DNA of 63,819 nucleotides, filler included, from Hyphochytrium catenoides (GCA_900088475.1; 12 parts of 12 records of this genome joined end to end with filler, not necessarily neighbours in it), one strand, 5' to 3'; positions 11,882-24,400 are shown, counted from the whole stretch's first letter. Numbers and translations are program-made. Notes: generated by a model not told the origin, from the letters alone.

Positions 11882-14676
11882 ATGTTCCAGCAGAGTCCCA
11901 AGCAAGCTGGCCGAAGAAGGCTTGTTTCGAAAGCTATCGCGGCCCTGGTGTCTGATGGTATCGCTACTCCCTCGGAGGAAACTCTCTCTATCATCATTAT
12001 TAGAGCCAAGCACCCCGATGGTGCCGCCCTTGATCTCTCTCCCTCGCCGATTTCTTCCTTTGGTTCTCAAGAAGATGGTGGTTTCTCTCCTTCCTTCTCT
12101 GCCCCTTCTTTCACCGCAAACCCTTCTTCTTTCCCTCCTGGCTCAGCTGCTGGCGCCTCTCAGTTGCGGCCCCAGCACCTGCAAGACCCCTGTCGCTTGA
12201 CTCCTTCTCCGTCTGTCATTCCCTGGCTGAGTTGACTTCTCTCTTGGCCCAGGGCCTTGCACCCCCTAATCTCTCTCCGTTTCTCGCTGGTGCGCCTCTG
12301 TTCGGCTTGACCAAGAAAGATGATGGTGACCTTCGTCCCATCGCCGTGGGCGGGACCCTTCGTCGATTGGTTTCGAAATGCTGCTGCGACTTGGTCAAGA
12401 TTCATGCCCAGTGTCTCTTCTCTCCCCTCCAGCTGGGCGTGTAGCGGTTCCTGCTGGGGCCGAAGTTGTCGTTCACGCTGTCCGAAAGGTCGTCGATGAA
12501 TTTAATGACAATGACGATAAAATTTTGCTGAAGCTTGTCTCATTAATAACGCCTTCAACTCTATCAATCGCTCAGCCATTCTGGATGCCGTTCGCGATCA
12601 CTTTCCCGCCCTTCTCCCTTGGATATCCTATTGTTACTCCTCCCCTTCCCACCTTTTGCATGGGCCTGCTCTCCTGGCTAGTTCTTGCGGAGTCCAGCAA
12701 GGCGATCCCCTTGGTCCGCTGTTGTTTGCCTTAGCACTCCACCCGATCGTGTCTGAAATTGTCTCATCTTTACCTTCCTTGGACCTCCACTTGTGGTACC
12801 TTGATGATGGTCACCCTGATTGGTTCAATGGAGGATGTCGCTAAGGCCTTCCATATATTTCAAAAGCGCAGCCCCCACGTCCGCTTAGAGCTCAACCTGG
12901 GCAAATGCAAATTGTGGTGGCCAAAAATGGACCTTGCGCGTCTTCGTTCCAGCCTTCCCTGCGGCAGTCTCTAGATTAGTGGCTATGGATGGTGTGGAAC
13001 TGTTTGGTATCCCCAATGGTTCTGCTCCTTTCGTCTCTTCCTATGCTTCTTCCGTCCTCTCTCGTCTTGATGAAGTAGATGCGAGGCTCGGTCTTGTCTC
13101 CTCTCCCCAGACTCAGGTTTTCCCTCTTCCGCGCTTGTCCCGAGTTTGCCAAGATCGACCATCATCTGCTTCGCGGCTGTCGTCCTTCCCAGCTAGCCTC
13201 GCTCTGCTCTAGGTTTGACCTTCGCTTACATGATTTTCTGGCTCGGCTATTGGGTCTGCCTTCTGTCTCGGATCTGGTCTGGAAACAAGCTACCCTATCT
13301 ATCCGCCTGGCTACCATTGATCTCGCTTCTGCTTCTTCCCTCGCCATCCCTCCTTATCTTGGCTCTCTTGGTGCTTCTGCCACTCTAGTTACTCAGCTCC
13401 TCCGTCTGCCCGACGTCGAGACTTACTCGCCTCCACTGACCGCCGAACTTCTCGATGCCTTCTGAGATGCCAAAGACGTGCACGATGTGAAGCTGCGTCG
13501 TCAGTCCTTCCCTAATCTTTTGCCCAGGAACATCTGCAACGTGTCCCGATTTCTGTGGGTGACGGCTTTCAATGTTTTCCTGTCTTCTGCTGGCCTTGGC
13601 TTGCGCTCACAAGCTCGCTTGCGGGCTACTTCCCTCACGCACTCAGGGGCTTTCCTTTGGGCTGCCTCTATTCCCTGGTTGCAATTGAAGGTCTCTTCTC
13701 CGTTGGTCTTCCGGGTGATGCTGTGGCGATTTCTAGGTATCATTCATGTGCGCATTCCAGCCTCTTGCCTGTCTTGTGCCCGTCTAATGGATGCCTTTCG
13801 CGATCATGGCACAGTCTGTCGTCGCGTGGCGGTGGCGCTCATCAACGTCACCGCCGCGTACAAGACCTTCTCTTTCATGCCTTTCGGAACTCTGGTCTCA
13901 AAGTCTCCCGCGCATTTCGCCACCTCCTTTCGAGCTCCAATCAGAAGCCTGGAGATTCGATTGTTCCTGGATTTTCACCTTCCTAACAGTACTTGGTCTT
14001 TGATGTGTCCGTCACGATTTCGCTGCAATCCAGAACCCTTCCCTATGCAGCAGTCCATGATGGCTATCAAGGTCGTTTGTCTGAGAAAGCGAAGCAGAGG
14101 ACGGTTGAGGGTCCCTGCCAGGCTGTGGGGCTACAATTCGTGCCGCGAGTCTGGGAATCTTTTGGTGGTGCTATGCCCCATGTCTTGGACTCTGTGCAAC
14201 AGCTGGTTAAGCTTCAGTGTGATCGTGCCGCTCTTGAGGCTTCCCGTCCTCCTGGTCATTGGTCTCGGTTGGCAAAGGTTCTGACTCTCCATACCAGAAT
14301 CTCTTTCGCCCCATCCTTGAAGACAATGCAATTCAGATTCTGAAGCGTATTCCTGTTCAGCTTGGACCCCGCCCTACCGCGCATAGTAGAGCGCGATGAT
14401 AATGATGGTCTTGGCGCCACGCCCCTTTCTTCTTCTCCTCCTCATCCGTCTTCTATTATTTTGCGGAAGAGTTCAACTATGATTCTTCTTCCTTTTTTTC
14501 TGACATTGACGGTGACGGTGGTGGTGGAGAATGTGTTGAAGAGTCCAGGGCTTTGTAGCTCTTTATCATCTTTCTTCTTCTTCTCGTTCTTCTCCCTCTT
14601 CTTCTCCTCTCCCTTCTTCTTCTTCTTCTACCTCTTCTTTTTACTTCTTCTTCTTAGTTATAGTTGTAGTAGTAGC
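11882..14676 (+). mobile_element. Degenerate CRE/SLACS-like non-LTR retrotransposon (RT + zinc knuckle + restriction-like endonuclease)
   Basis: Frameshifted fragments give RT motifs LRPIAVGGTLRRLVSK, QLGV, NAFNSINRS, GVQQGDPLGPLLF and WYLDDG. These are followed by CLSC...H...C and RLE motifs KPGD, FDVSVT, EKAK and FVPRVWESFGG. Ends in a (TTC)n/(TAG)n tail. Confidence 0.88.
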
Positions 14677-15048
14677 TGTCATCCCAACTGATTACAAACA
14701 TCTGATAAAGTTTCAAAGTGACCCCTTTGCTCTTGATGCTTCTCGGCATCTTGGTCAATGGTCCCGTTTGGCCGTGGTTTTACGGCTTCACACGAGAATC
14801 TCTTTGGCGATTCATGAAGAAAATGCGCTGTAGCTTCTGAAGCGTATTCCTTTTGAGCACTTGGTCCCTTCGCGTGTTGCTTGCCTCGCGGCGTTTCCTT
14901 CTGCTCACCCGGATGATGTAAGAGAGCATGCAATGTATGGCAAGCCTCTGACTGGGGGTATCAAAGTGGCGCTTGACATTACTAGCCTGGGAGCTCTCCT
15001 TACCGCCTAGCTGGAACAAGCGGGAGAAGGCTCTTTGCCCGTTAGTAA

Positions 15049-15246
15049 GGTTCAATATTGGGGGTATATTAGGTTTTCCTGGCGCGGTTTGTTAGAGTAT
15101 GGGGCTGACCTTCGCGCCTCAGTCTCAGATTTGCTCGGTCAGCCAGCCTCAGCCTCTGCCGCCTGCCCAGACCTAGACACCACAGCGGCAACGGATAGGG
15201 GAGGCACAGCTGACTGCACCTATTCGGCGCAGCAGGAACAGTCACA
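15049..15246 (-). mobile_element. Short LTR-like repeat, copy 2
   Basis: Aligns along its length with 4336-4529 (e.g. CCTCAGTCTCAGATTTGCTCGGTCAGCC and CTATTCGGCGCAGCAGGAACAGTCA). Confidence 0.6.
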
Positions 15247-15299
15247 GAAGGAAATAGCGATGAGTATGTAAATCCTTACCGACCCGCCTAACTAATCGC

Positions 15300-15610
15300 C
15301 TTTGCCAATCGAGACCAACGACCATCCTAATACCGGGAAACATCAAGTGAAGAACGATCACATTGAAGCTTCAACAGCTGCTGCCTACGGTCCAGCACAC
15401 GAGGCATAATAGCCCTTCCCAAAGACTCGACAACGAGTGGGGACAAACTGCCGCCCTACAGCCCTTACAACGAGCCTTGTCATATTTAACTTGGACTTTC
15501 TAGACAGACAACCTAGATAGCCAGCATGGACTGCTGCATAGGGAAAAGAACTAGATTGCAGCGAATCCGTGACGGGCACATCAAACGCCGGGTGCTGAAA
15601 AGTAAAGGAG
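15300..15610 (-). mobile_element. Second, inverted 3' fragment of the CRE-like element (endonuclease region)
   Basis: AFDVPVTDSLQSSSFPYAAVHAGYLGCLSRKSK...AVGRQFVP aligns with VFDVSVTISLQSRTLPYAAVHDGYQGRLSEKAK...AVGLQFVP in the ORF starting at 13993. Confidence 0.8.
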
Positions 15611-16574
15611 AAAGCTTGTCGACTTATTATCCATTGAAATGACAGCAAGGACGACAAGATTAGCAAGGGAAAGGATGCATACTATGTCCTAACCGCCACC
15701 GTTGCTTGGTAGTATGCCAGTATCTGAGCAAACGCTTGATGAAACTGTCTAACCCTAAGTAGGGAGACAGAGAGAGACAGCGACAGACAGAGAGACAGAC
15801 AATGAGACAGAGGAAGGGGGAGAGACAGAGAGAGAGAGGGGGCGAGAGGCAGAGAGACAGACAGAGAGAGGCACGCAGGTATGGGGGCGAGCGAAACGCA
15901 CGTAGCTTTCTATTCACAGCTACTGCTGCCATAATCTAGGGGTGGGAGGACGAAGAAGAACGAAGATACAACCGACAATATGAGAGAAGCTACCGATCGA
16001 AGAGGCAAAGCCTTATATAAACAAAGGAATGTTCCAGTCATTGAGCCTCCGGCAAAGACGACATATCTCTCCATCATCGTCAAAAGGTCCGTCCCGACCG
16101 TGGCTGATGTTGGTGGCTGTTGGGAGTCCTAATAATTAAGGTACGTAGCGCAGGTCCTAGCACTTATCGCGGTAAATGTTCGATGACCCATCATACTAGT
16201 AGCTAGTAGCTCAGATAGATGCAGCATTAGTAGTAGTACAATCTACTGAGAGACAGAGGCTTTGTGCTTTGAAGATTCATCTGGTGCGCTGCTGCTAGTG
16301 CACTGCGTTATCTTCAGAATCATCCATCTTCTCACCTTCTTTATAGATGTATTATATTAGAAGTGCGCGACCGCATTCTCCATCGTTAGATTAACGTTCT
16401 TTATCATTTATCATGGTTCTCTTCTTCCAGTGTGCCCAAACCATCCTAGTGGTCGCCCCCAGAATTGAAAATTTGTGGCAGGCTCTCTCAAAAGGCTAGG
16501 ATGGTCGGTACTACTGAGGAGGAGGAAGAAGTGAATGCATCATCAGTGACAGAATCGATAGAGCAAGAGGAAGT

Positions 16575-17049
16575 TGTTGAGCGAGAACCGTTTCCTTTCT
16601 TTTAGGGTCTCTACTATGGCAAGGAATACTCTTCTTCTTGATTCCTTGTCTTACTTTCTTTCTTCATTAGTTTCTCTACTAGCCATTTGTTCTTACTTCA
16701 TGGACCTTCTTCTCTTTCCGACTTTACTTCTTCGCTTCCTTCTGAACCACCCATCAATTTATTGCTGATTCTCTTCCCTGAGACGACGGTTCCATTCAAT
16801 GACTACTTCTAACCCTCTTCGTCCTCTCTTTCGTCGCGTCTTAGAGTGTTTCTCTCTCTCTGCTTTCTCTCTTGCATCATATCAACTTCATAGCTTTGCG
16901 TTCAGGCTTTATTATAATAGTAATTCAGGACCATGAGTCTATCAGCTCTCCTCGAGCTCATAATCTTCATTAATCTCATTCTATCTGCTATTAATTATTT
17001 GCACAACAACAAAGAAGAGCCTCCAACCAGCTCAGCCATTTTCTCATCA
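16575..17049 (+). mobile_element. Copia-family LTR (solo-like)
   Basis: Starts TGTTGA and ends CTCATCA. Homologous in inverted orientation to 17153-17583; no target-site duplication visible. Confidence 0.7.
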
Positions 17050-17152
17050 TTCACAACAACCTCGCCCCTCTTACGACACGACGACGGTAGTAAGAGGAGA
17101 CAACAGGAAAGAACGTCTAACTCATGAACAAGACCATCCCAGCCCAGCGTCC

Positions 17153-18516
17153 TGATGAGATGGCAGGGTTGGTTGGAAGCTCTTCTTCGTTGTTTTGCAA
17201 ATAGCAGAATGAGATTAATAAAGATTATGAGCTCGAGCAAAGCTCAATGAACTAATGATCCCTAAGTCCTATAAAGCCTAAGTATGCAAAGCTAAAAGAA
17301 TACATTCAAGAGGGAAAGCAGAGAGGAATGCTCTTAGCAGTGGGAGAGAAAGAGAGTGTTAGAAAGTGATTGAATGGTCACCAAGGGATCCACCGTCTCA
17401 GACAAGAGAATCGGCAATAAATTGGTGGATAGAAGGAAGGGAAGAAGTAAAGTCGGAAAGAGAAAAATGTCCACGAAGTAGGAACATATTTCTAGAGAAA
17501 TTAGAAGAAAGAAAGTAGGACAAGGAATCAAGAACAAGAATAGTCCTTGCTATAGAGAACCCAGAAGAAAAGGGTTCTCAACACCCCTTCTCAAGGAATA
17601 CTAGAGACTTGGTTAGTAGGTCGGCCAACATATATCTCGTAGGGACATAGATTGGCAGCAGATCTCCTTCCTGATAGCGCTCTCGGATAAAGTGAAACTT
17701 TATATCAATGTGCTTAGACCTTTTGCGGCGGAAGATAGGGTTTTTGACCAATTCCATTGCACCTTGATTGTCTTGGTGACATTTGGTAGCACCATCAAAT
17801 GAAGGTATAAAGTCCTTTAGTAGTTGCCGAAGCCATACCAGTTCCTGCGCAGCCATAGCAGCTGCAATGTACTCTGCTTCAGTAGAAGACAGAGCAATTG
17901 TGTTGTTGCTTGCTTGCGGCTAAGCCAAGCAATTGGGGAGCCATTTAAGAGGAAGACAGCGCCAGAAGTAGACTTTCTATCCGCATCATTCGCCCAGTCA
18001 GAGTCCACATAGGCCGTCAGATCAAATCTCCTCAGTAGAACCTCCGAAGATAATACCATAGTCGCTTGTGCCCTTCAGGTACCTCAGAACATGTTTTACT
18101 GCGTTCCAGAGTTCAGTAGACGGTTTCGCTAGATAGCGACTAAGGACGCCAACTGCATAAGCCAAGTCAGGTCGCGCACCGTTCACCAAGTAGAGAAGAC
18201 AACCCACTAAACTCCTGTATGGTTCAGTAGTGCAATCTCGGCTAGAAGCAGTCGGTGAGAATCCCGGAGCTAATGGAGTGGTAGCAGGCTTGCACAGTTC
18301 CATCTTGTACCGCTGTAGAAGATCTAGGGTAAATCTCCTTTGGCAAACCATTAAGTATCCCTTGCTTCCGATCGCGGAGAATCTCTAGACCCAAGTAGAA
18401 TCGAACATTTCCTAGGCAAGTAATGTCAAAACGACTAGGTTGGAGGCAGCCAGTAGGATGTCATCCACATAGATGACCAAGTAGATTACTTGTCCATCTT
18501 GAGAGCGCCGAGTGTA
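17153..18516 (-). mobile_element. Ty1/copia retrotransposon 3' part (RT, RNase H, PPT, 3' LTR 17153-17583), pseudogenised
   Basis: Motifs [59 protein letters not shown] and LADLLTK, with a stop and frameshifts. PPT/LTR junction is GAGAAGGGG-TGTTGAG. Confidence 0.92.
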
Positions 18517-18586
18517 NNNNNNNNNNNNNNNNNNNNNNNNNNNNNNNNNNNNNNNNNNNNNNNNNNNNNNNNNNNNNNNNNNNNNN

Positions 18587-19164
18587 CAGGAGTGGTAGTC
18601 CACACTTGGTACTCTTGATAACATCCTTTTGCATGTTTCAAGCTGATAGTAGTAGTCTAAATCGCGATGGGAAGCGTACCTTTTTACCTCGTCGCCTTGG
18701 TCCTTTTCCAGTTCTCCAGAGGATTGGTAACGATGCCTACAAGCTGACATTGCCCAAAATGTATCAGCTTCACCCAGTTTTTCATGTCTCGTTGCTGGAA
18801 CCTTATCGCCCTTCTCCGGAACACTTACAAGGGCGTAAACAACCTCCTCCAGCTCCGTTTGTCGGCCCCCTTGGTGACGATCTTCACTATCATGTCGAGA
18901 AGATTTTGAAGACTCGCGAATACCGTCGCCAGCGACAATATCTCGTCAAGTGGCTTGGGTATCCACTCTCTGATACCACTTGGGAACCTGAAGCGAATCT
19001 GATTCCCTATGGTGAAGAAGCGCTTCGGATTTTTCATGATCGTCAACGCTTCACTCTCTAGCTTGCCAACCATTCAACCTGATTCTGATGGCTTGACTAG
19101 TAGTTTTCGCTCTACTTTCCTTGCCGAGGACGGCAAGCGCTTAAGGAGGGGAGCATGTAACATT
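18587..19164 (+). mobile_element. Ty3/gypsy chromovirus 3' end (integrase C-terminal GPF/SH3 + chromodomain, PPT, start of LTR)
   Basis: LGPFPVL...AYKLTLP...HPVFHVSLLEPY, then YHVEKIL...QYLVKWLGYP...TWEPEANL. PPT/LTR junction TTAAGGAGGGGAGCA-TGTAAC lies just before the gap. Confidence 0.92.
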
Positions 19165-19208
19165 NNNNNNNNNNNNNNNNNNNNNNNNNNNNNNNNNNNN
19201 NNNNNNNN

Positions 19209-19220
19209 TTAATTAATTAA
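19209..19220. other. Artificial scaffold linker TTAATTAATTAA within N44/N44 (one of 11)
   Basis: Identical 100-bp spacer with stops in all six frames. The motif starts at 19209, 27046, 28732, 31728, 33074, 46169, 48455, 52212, 53843, 56964 and 58360. Confidence 0.97.
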
Positions 19221-19707
19221 NNNNNNNNNNNNNNNNNNNNNNNNNNNNNNNNNNNNNNNNNNNNAACTTAAAAAAGATTTGCCTTAATAAGCTTATTAAC
19301 ACTGACCTTGAACCGCCAACCGCCACCTTCACTTTCACTGCCACGTCTTCATGAATTACAAAACTCGAGAGAGAACTATGAATAAATAAAGGACTGGAAA
19401 AGGCCCTGCGTTTATTTTCGTATTTCAATTACGTTCATGGTTGGGCTTCTCATTGGCTTTTCAGTTTGAGAATTGTCTAGCATCGTGGAACAGAGCTCTA
19501 TGGGCTCAATCTCTGAATTACAGATTATCCGCTATAAGCAGATTTTTGCTGCAATGAAGCGTAAGGTGCTCTAAAAGAGTTCGGACATGCTGATAATAGA
19601 AAGGACCTGGAAGGCCAGATTGAAGATAGATACTTTGAACTGATTTACGCAATCTTTCCCTTGTCCATAGCCCCAAGAAGAGCTGTCGGGGACTGTTGAT
19701 CCTTGAA

Positions 19708-21161
19708 ATGACGTCACCGGGAGCCATGTTTCGGCATCGTTGCAACGCGTGCTGGGAACTACTCGCCGCCAATGACTGCGCAGTAACCTGTTATCGTACC
19801 ATTTGCGGCCACCTATTTTGCGTAAGTGGACTAGGCGCAAATGTCATACACAGGGCTTGTTGAAAGGGTGCTGGTGTTTCATCGACAGTGATCAATCAAG
19901 ATTCCTTTGTACCAAAGGCGAAACTCCACTCAACCCTTCTGGACGGTCTAATGTGTCTTCTTGCAGGAAAATGACGCCTATAAGAATTTTGGGAGTGGGA
20001 GGTTAGTCTGTCCGGCTTGCAACGAGGACTTAAGCGATAGGTACCACTAAAATCAGGATGTAAAGAAGTTTCGGGAAGGAAAGGCTCACACACTGTTAGG
20101 TCTGATGCTATCACAGAGATGACAATTGCCCCCTTTGGGGAAGAGAAGAATCTGGAAGTGGTTTGGCAGGAAGTGTTTGCCAACCCTTCGTCAGTGATCC
20201 GTCGCTACGCCGACGCTATCGAGTTCTATCTGGTAGAGCCTCTTTGACCGTCCGAGAGTGTTCTCGAGGGGGTACAAGCATGAGATTTCTTTTTTGGTGT
20301 CCCAGTTCCAAGCCGTCCAAGAGGCGTCAAGACAGGAGTATTTACGGACCCAAGAGACGAAGGCTAACAAGGACCAGCAAGTCAAATTTGGTCCGTTGCT
20401 GTAACCTATTCGCCCCTCGTGTAAACCATGTGGTCTTTCGGCGCCTGACAACTATCCCACTGTATGGCACGCTACGATCCTCCTCCATCGACAGGGGAAC
20501 GCTACATGCAACTCAAGACCCACTGTGACAAGCTTGAAGCGGAGATACAAGCATTGACCAAAAAGCTCAACTCTGTTACGACGGCGAATCATGAGCTGCA
20601 GGAAGTACGAATGATTCCTTACCCTTTACGACCACCTCACAGCCATCGATACCTCTTCGGACTAACACTTCCAGCCTTCAGGCATATAAGGAGAAGGCAC
20701 GCAAGTGCAAGAACTGGGAGAAACTGTACAGTTCCATGAAAGCTCAGCAGCGAGGACGACCTGCGAGCTTCGCAGGAGACTTCTCAAACCTAGACGTCTC
20801 CTCCTCGTCCCTCAACCAGCTCGCCAGACCCTCTCCCTTATCTTCTAAGTTTGACCGTTCTCCTGCATTTCACTTTAACTTGCAGCAGCAAGTCCCATCT
20901 CTGCCGCCACAGCTTCGAGCCACAACCTCCACTTCTATATTCCACTCGTCGCATGTCGAGCGGAGCCCTTCGCAGCAATTCCAGCCTCTGATGAAAAGCA
21001 TTGGCCCACTCCACCATAGTAATGGTCAGCAGCGAGGCGGATTAGTACCGAACACCGGCGCTACGACAACTAAAGACGGTGATAGAGGGCAGAAGGCTAA
21101 GAACTTCTTCGTCGAGACTATGAGTAGCCGTGGCCGGGCTAAGGTCACCGCCTATGGGTGA
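19708..21161 (+). CDS. HEI10: HEI10/CCNB1IP1-like meiotic RING E3 ligase (6 exons)
   Basis: GT-AG splicing of 19708-19821, 19967-20040, 20100-20232, 20306-20390, 20495-20604 and 20682-21161 gives an open frame. It contains RCNACW...CGHLFCENDA...CPAC (HEI10-type RING with D at a Cys position), AIEFYL, the coiled coil ELQEAYKEKARKCKNWEKLY and a disordered tail. Confidence 0.82.
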
Positions 21162-21492
21162 CTTGCACAGCAGACGCACAAGACAGTGACAGTCGTTTCC
21201 CTGGGCCAGCTCTATTCTCTTCCTCCTTTTCGCACAAACAGCCCTAGCTAATCCCAAAAAGACTCATAGACCTGACCATACCACGGCAACATTTGAGCCC
21301 TTTCAGACGGTCTGGGTGGCAACAACAGCACAAAGAGAAAGATCTTGAGGTGTGAATAGATGCGAAGAACTTCGTAGCAGTTCTACGCCATAAATTAGTG
21401 AGTGGTATCTCAAGCGATAACAGGAACCTTTTTAAAGATGCCTTCCTACTTTACATACTGATACAGCGCTCGTGGGAACCGATGTCAAAAGG

Positions 21493-24400
21493 CTAGAAGC
21501 CAGCGATGGTAGGCCTTCCAACTCTTCGGGGACTCTGACCGTGGACCGCGGCATGTACTATGCTTTGATAGCCTTGCTCCTCCAAACTGGTGACACCGCT
21601 GCTATGACAGCGAACACAGGTCATCTCATCCTTGTAAGAGGTCAGTGTCCGTGCAATACATTTTCTGCATAGCGTGTCACCACACTAGAGAGACGAGAAA
21701 ATAAGTTAGCATCACAACGGCAAACGTGGAACTAGAGGGCGGAGACCAATTGGTTGTTGGAGAGAGAGAGAGAGAGAGAGAAAGAACGTGGATGCGTGAA
21801 ACTTACTGTTCTGCAAATGTACTTCCGCCGGAAGAGCTTGAACTTCTTCCCGCAGTTGTCACAGTCCTGATTCTTGGGGCTCTTTCTGTCAGTCAGAGCT
21901 GCAATTGGCTGGCCCTCCCCATCTATAGCCCAAGCTGACATTGTGGATGGGGAACTAGCAGTTCGCTGCGGACTGCGATACTCACGTTCAGGAGATGGCC
22001 CTTCCACGTCTGAGAATGAACCCACCGAAATGGGCCCATTGTGGAAGTCTTGGTTTGGCACACTATAGACATCAGCGTATTGGGAGATGGTTATTGCCTG
22101 CTCTATGGCTTGAGGAGGCACTTTTGTCAGGTTTCGGTGGCGTCTAATGCTGGTATGACCTCGGTCATGAAAGCTGAAGATGCTTCTGGGAATAGTGGAG
22201 AGACTTGAGAGAGAGTCCACAGAGGTTTTACTCGACGTGGAGAACGCGCTGGACACACTTGCTCTGCTTTTACTTGAAGAAGTGCTTGGGCTTCGAAAAG
22301 GGTCATGCAGTTCAGCCACTGACTTTTTCGGTAGAGATGTTACCCTGTAATCGGCCTGCAAAGACGGATCTGGCCCATCTAGCTGGAAGTTTCTGAGGTC
22401 GTCAGGAATGGGAGTCACCATCTGAATCTTTGGCGTTATGATAGGGATATCCTCCATCCGCGGAACTAGCGAGGACTCGGTTTCAGAGGCAAGGACATCA
22501 AGAAGCTCCTCAGCTGCCCCAGACCCGGCATAGCTAGAATACCGTAGTTTCTCTAGCTCGTCATAAACCATGATCTCACTATCTGTGACAGGCGGGACGC
22601 AAAACGAAGCTTGACCCAACGAGCTAGGGAACGAGTCGCTGTCTTCTGCTATCACTGTGGAGAGCGCGCTATCTCTAGCGTCATTGGATGCCTCCTTGTG
22701 CAGCTTGCTCATCATCTGCACAGTCTTCACCGCTTGCCAACGACGGTAGAGGCTCTAAACAAGGACGATGACGACAAATTAGAACAGGAGGAAAGATGAG
22801 GTAAACAGACCAATAGCTGCAACAAGATGGCAACCAACCTGCATGGACACGACCGCCCTCACTCCGACCCGGAGATTCTGAAATGCCTTTTGGGCTTGCA
22901 CTCTCCGCATAAAGCTCTGTATCCGGATTATGCATCTTCTATGCCTTCGGAGCCTTCTCTGGCAGAGAAAGGCCCGGATCATAGCCTGAATCCTAATAGC
23001 TGATTGTACTTCTCGTCTAAGATGGTGATAGCGTTGACGACTTCTGTACATCCGCCACAGCGCCTGGATGCGCACAGCACTCTTTCTCTGTCGCCTCAAT
23101 CGCCACCTAGTTATCCATCCGGTAATAACAGCTTTGAGAGGAAGGAGCAACGCTTCTGTTTCAAGGTTCGCTGCCCTCTCCATGATCTCATAGCTTCTCT
23201 GCCTAAAAAACACCTTGCTAACGCCAAGCTGGACGTTATCGAGGCTTGATAAGCCCAGCGCTACCAGTTGATTCCGCGGATGAAACAAGAGCCGAGGGAT
23301 CTCAGCCTTTGAGAGACTCTGCAATTCGCTAACAAGAAATCGACTGCGGCTCGCAGCATCGCCTTTAGGCCGTCGGAAGAGCTGTCTGTATCTGCTGAAG
23401 AATTGTTCGTAGGTCATACGCACGGAATAACCCGCTCGAGCCACTTTGACCGCCTCCAATACACCTCCACAGCTAAGCTGACAGCAAACTCTAGACCTGT
23501 CAAACTCGTTGGGTTGATTTGTATCTGACGGCTTGATGCAGCGGACATAGTGCGGCTCCGTAGCGTCAATGATGCCAATTAAATCTGCTAGCTGCTCCTT
23601 GAATTGTGTCCCCAGCGTCGTCAAGCAAATGGCTGATCTTCGTTTCACACAACCGCGGGCACGATTTGTTAACGCACCGCGTGCAGGCTTGAGCTTCTCA
23701 GCCAAATCTTCTCCTGCATGTGCTAGTGTGCCCTCATAGAAGGCTGCCTTCAATATCTTGCACTTGCTATTCTCAGCAAGGTCCACTCCAGCTTGGAACA
23801 GCATGTCCTTGTTCTTTTCCAGAAAGCCTGCTGAATCATAGCAGACCTCTCCGGCGTAGTGTTTGACAGCGAACAGCTTCCTAGGCCTCTGACTATTCGA
23901 CACTCTGAACCTCCGATGGTCCTTGAATCTATCATAGGCCTTGTTCGCGAAGGAAGCGTCGCTGCCCTTAGGAAAGAGACATTCCTCATCCAGTATCGAC
24001 AGAATCCCGATGACGTTCCTTCCTGAACCGGCTATAAGCTCTATACAGTCCTTGTTATCTGGGAAGTCGATGAAGCTCCACTTGATCCGTTCTCGTTCAT
24101 ACTCTTCTTGCTCTAGACGAAACACACTGCGATTAAACTGCTGTTGCAGTGACTCATTCGCATAGTTGATGCACAGCTGTTCGAAGCTATTGGTCTTGAA
24201 CGATTCAAAGCCAAATATATCTAAGACTCCAATAAACTTTCCACCGCTAGACCCAACGCCAGAAGCAAAGGATTGGTTGATCCGCCAGTTGATATATGAG
24301 AAGAGCTTTGAATAGACAGCCTTCGCCAGCGCATTACACGCATTCTGTGCCTCTGCAAGCGTCAGAGCCTTCAGAATCTTCTCATTGCCCACCATGATGT

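Noticed and set aside
11882-14676. CRE element as a telomere-maintaining retrotransposon
   Set aside because: It lies 12 kb inside the end, is not flanked by telomeric repeats and is frameshifted.
19165-19264. Palindromic TTAATTAATTAA motif recurring 11 times, as a possible biological breakage or recombination signal
   Set aside because: It is always centred in exactly 44+44 Ns and gives stops in six frames, so it is an assembly spacer.
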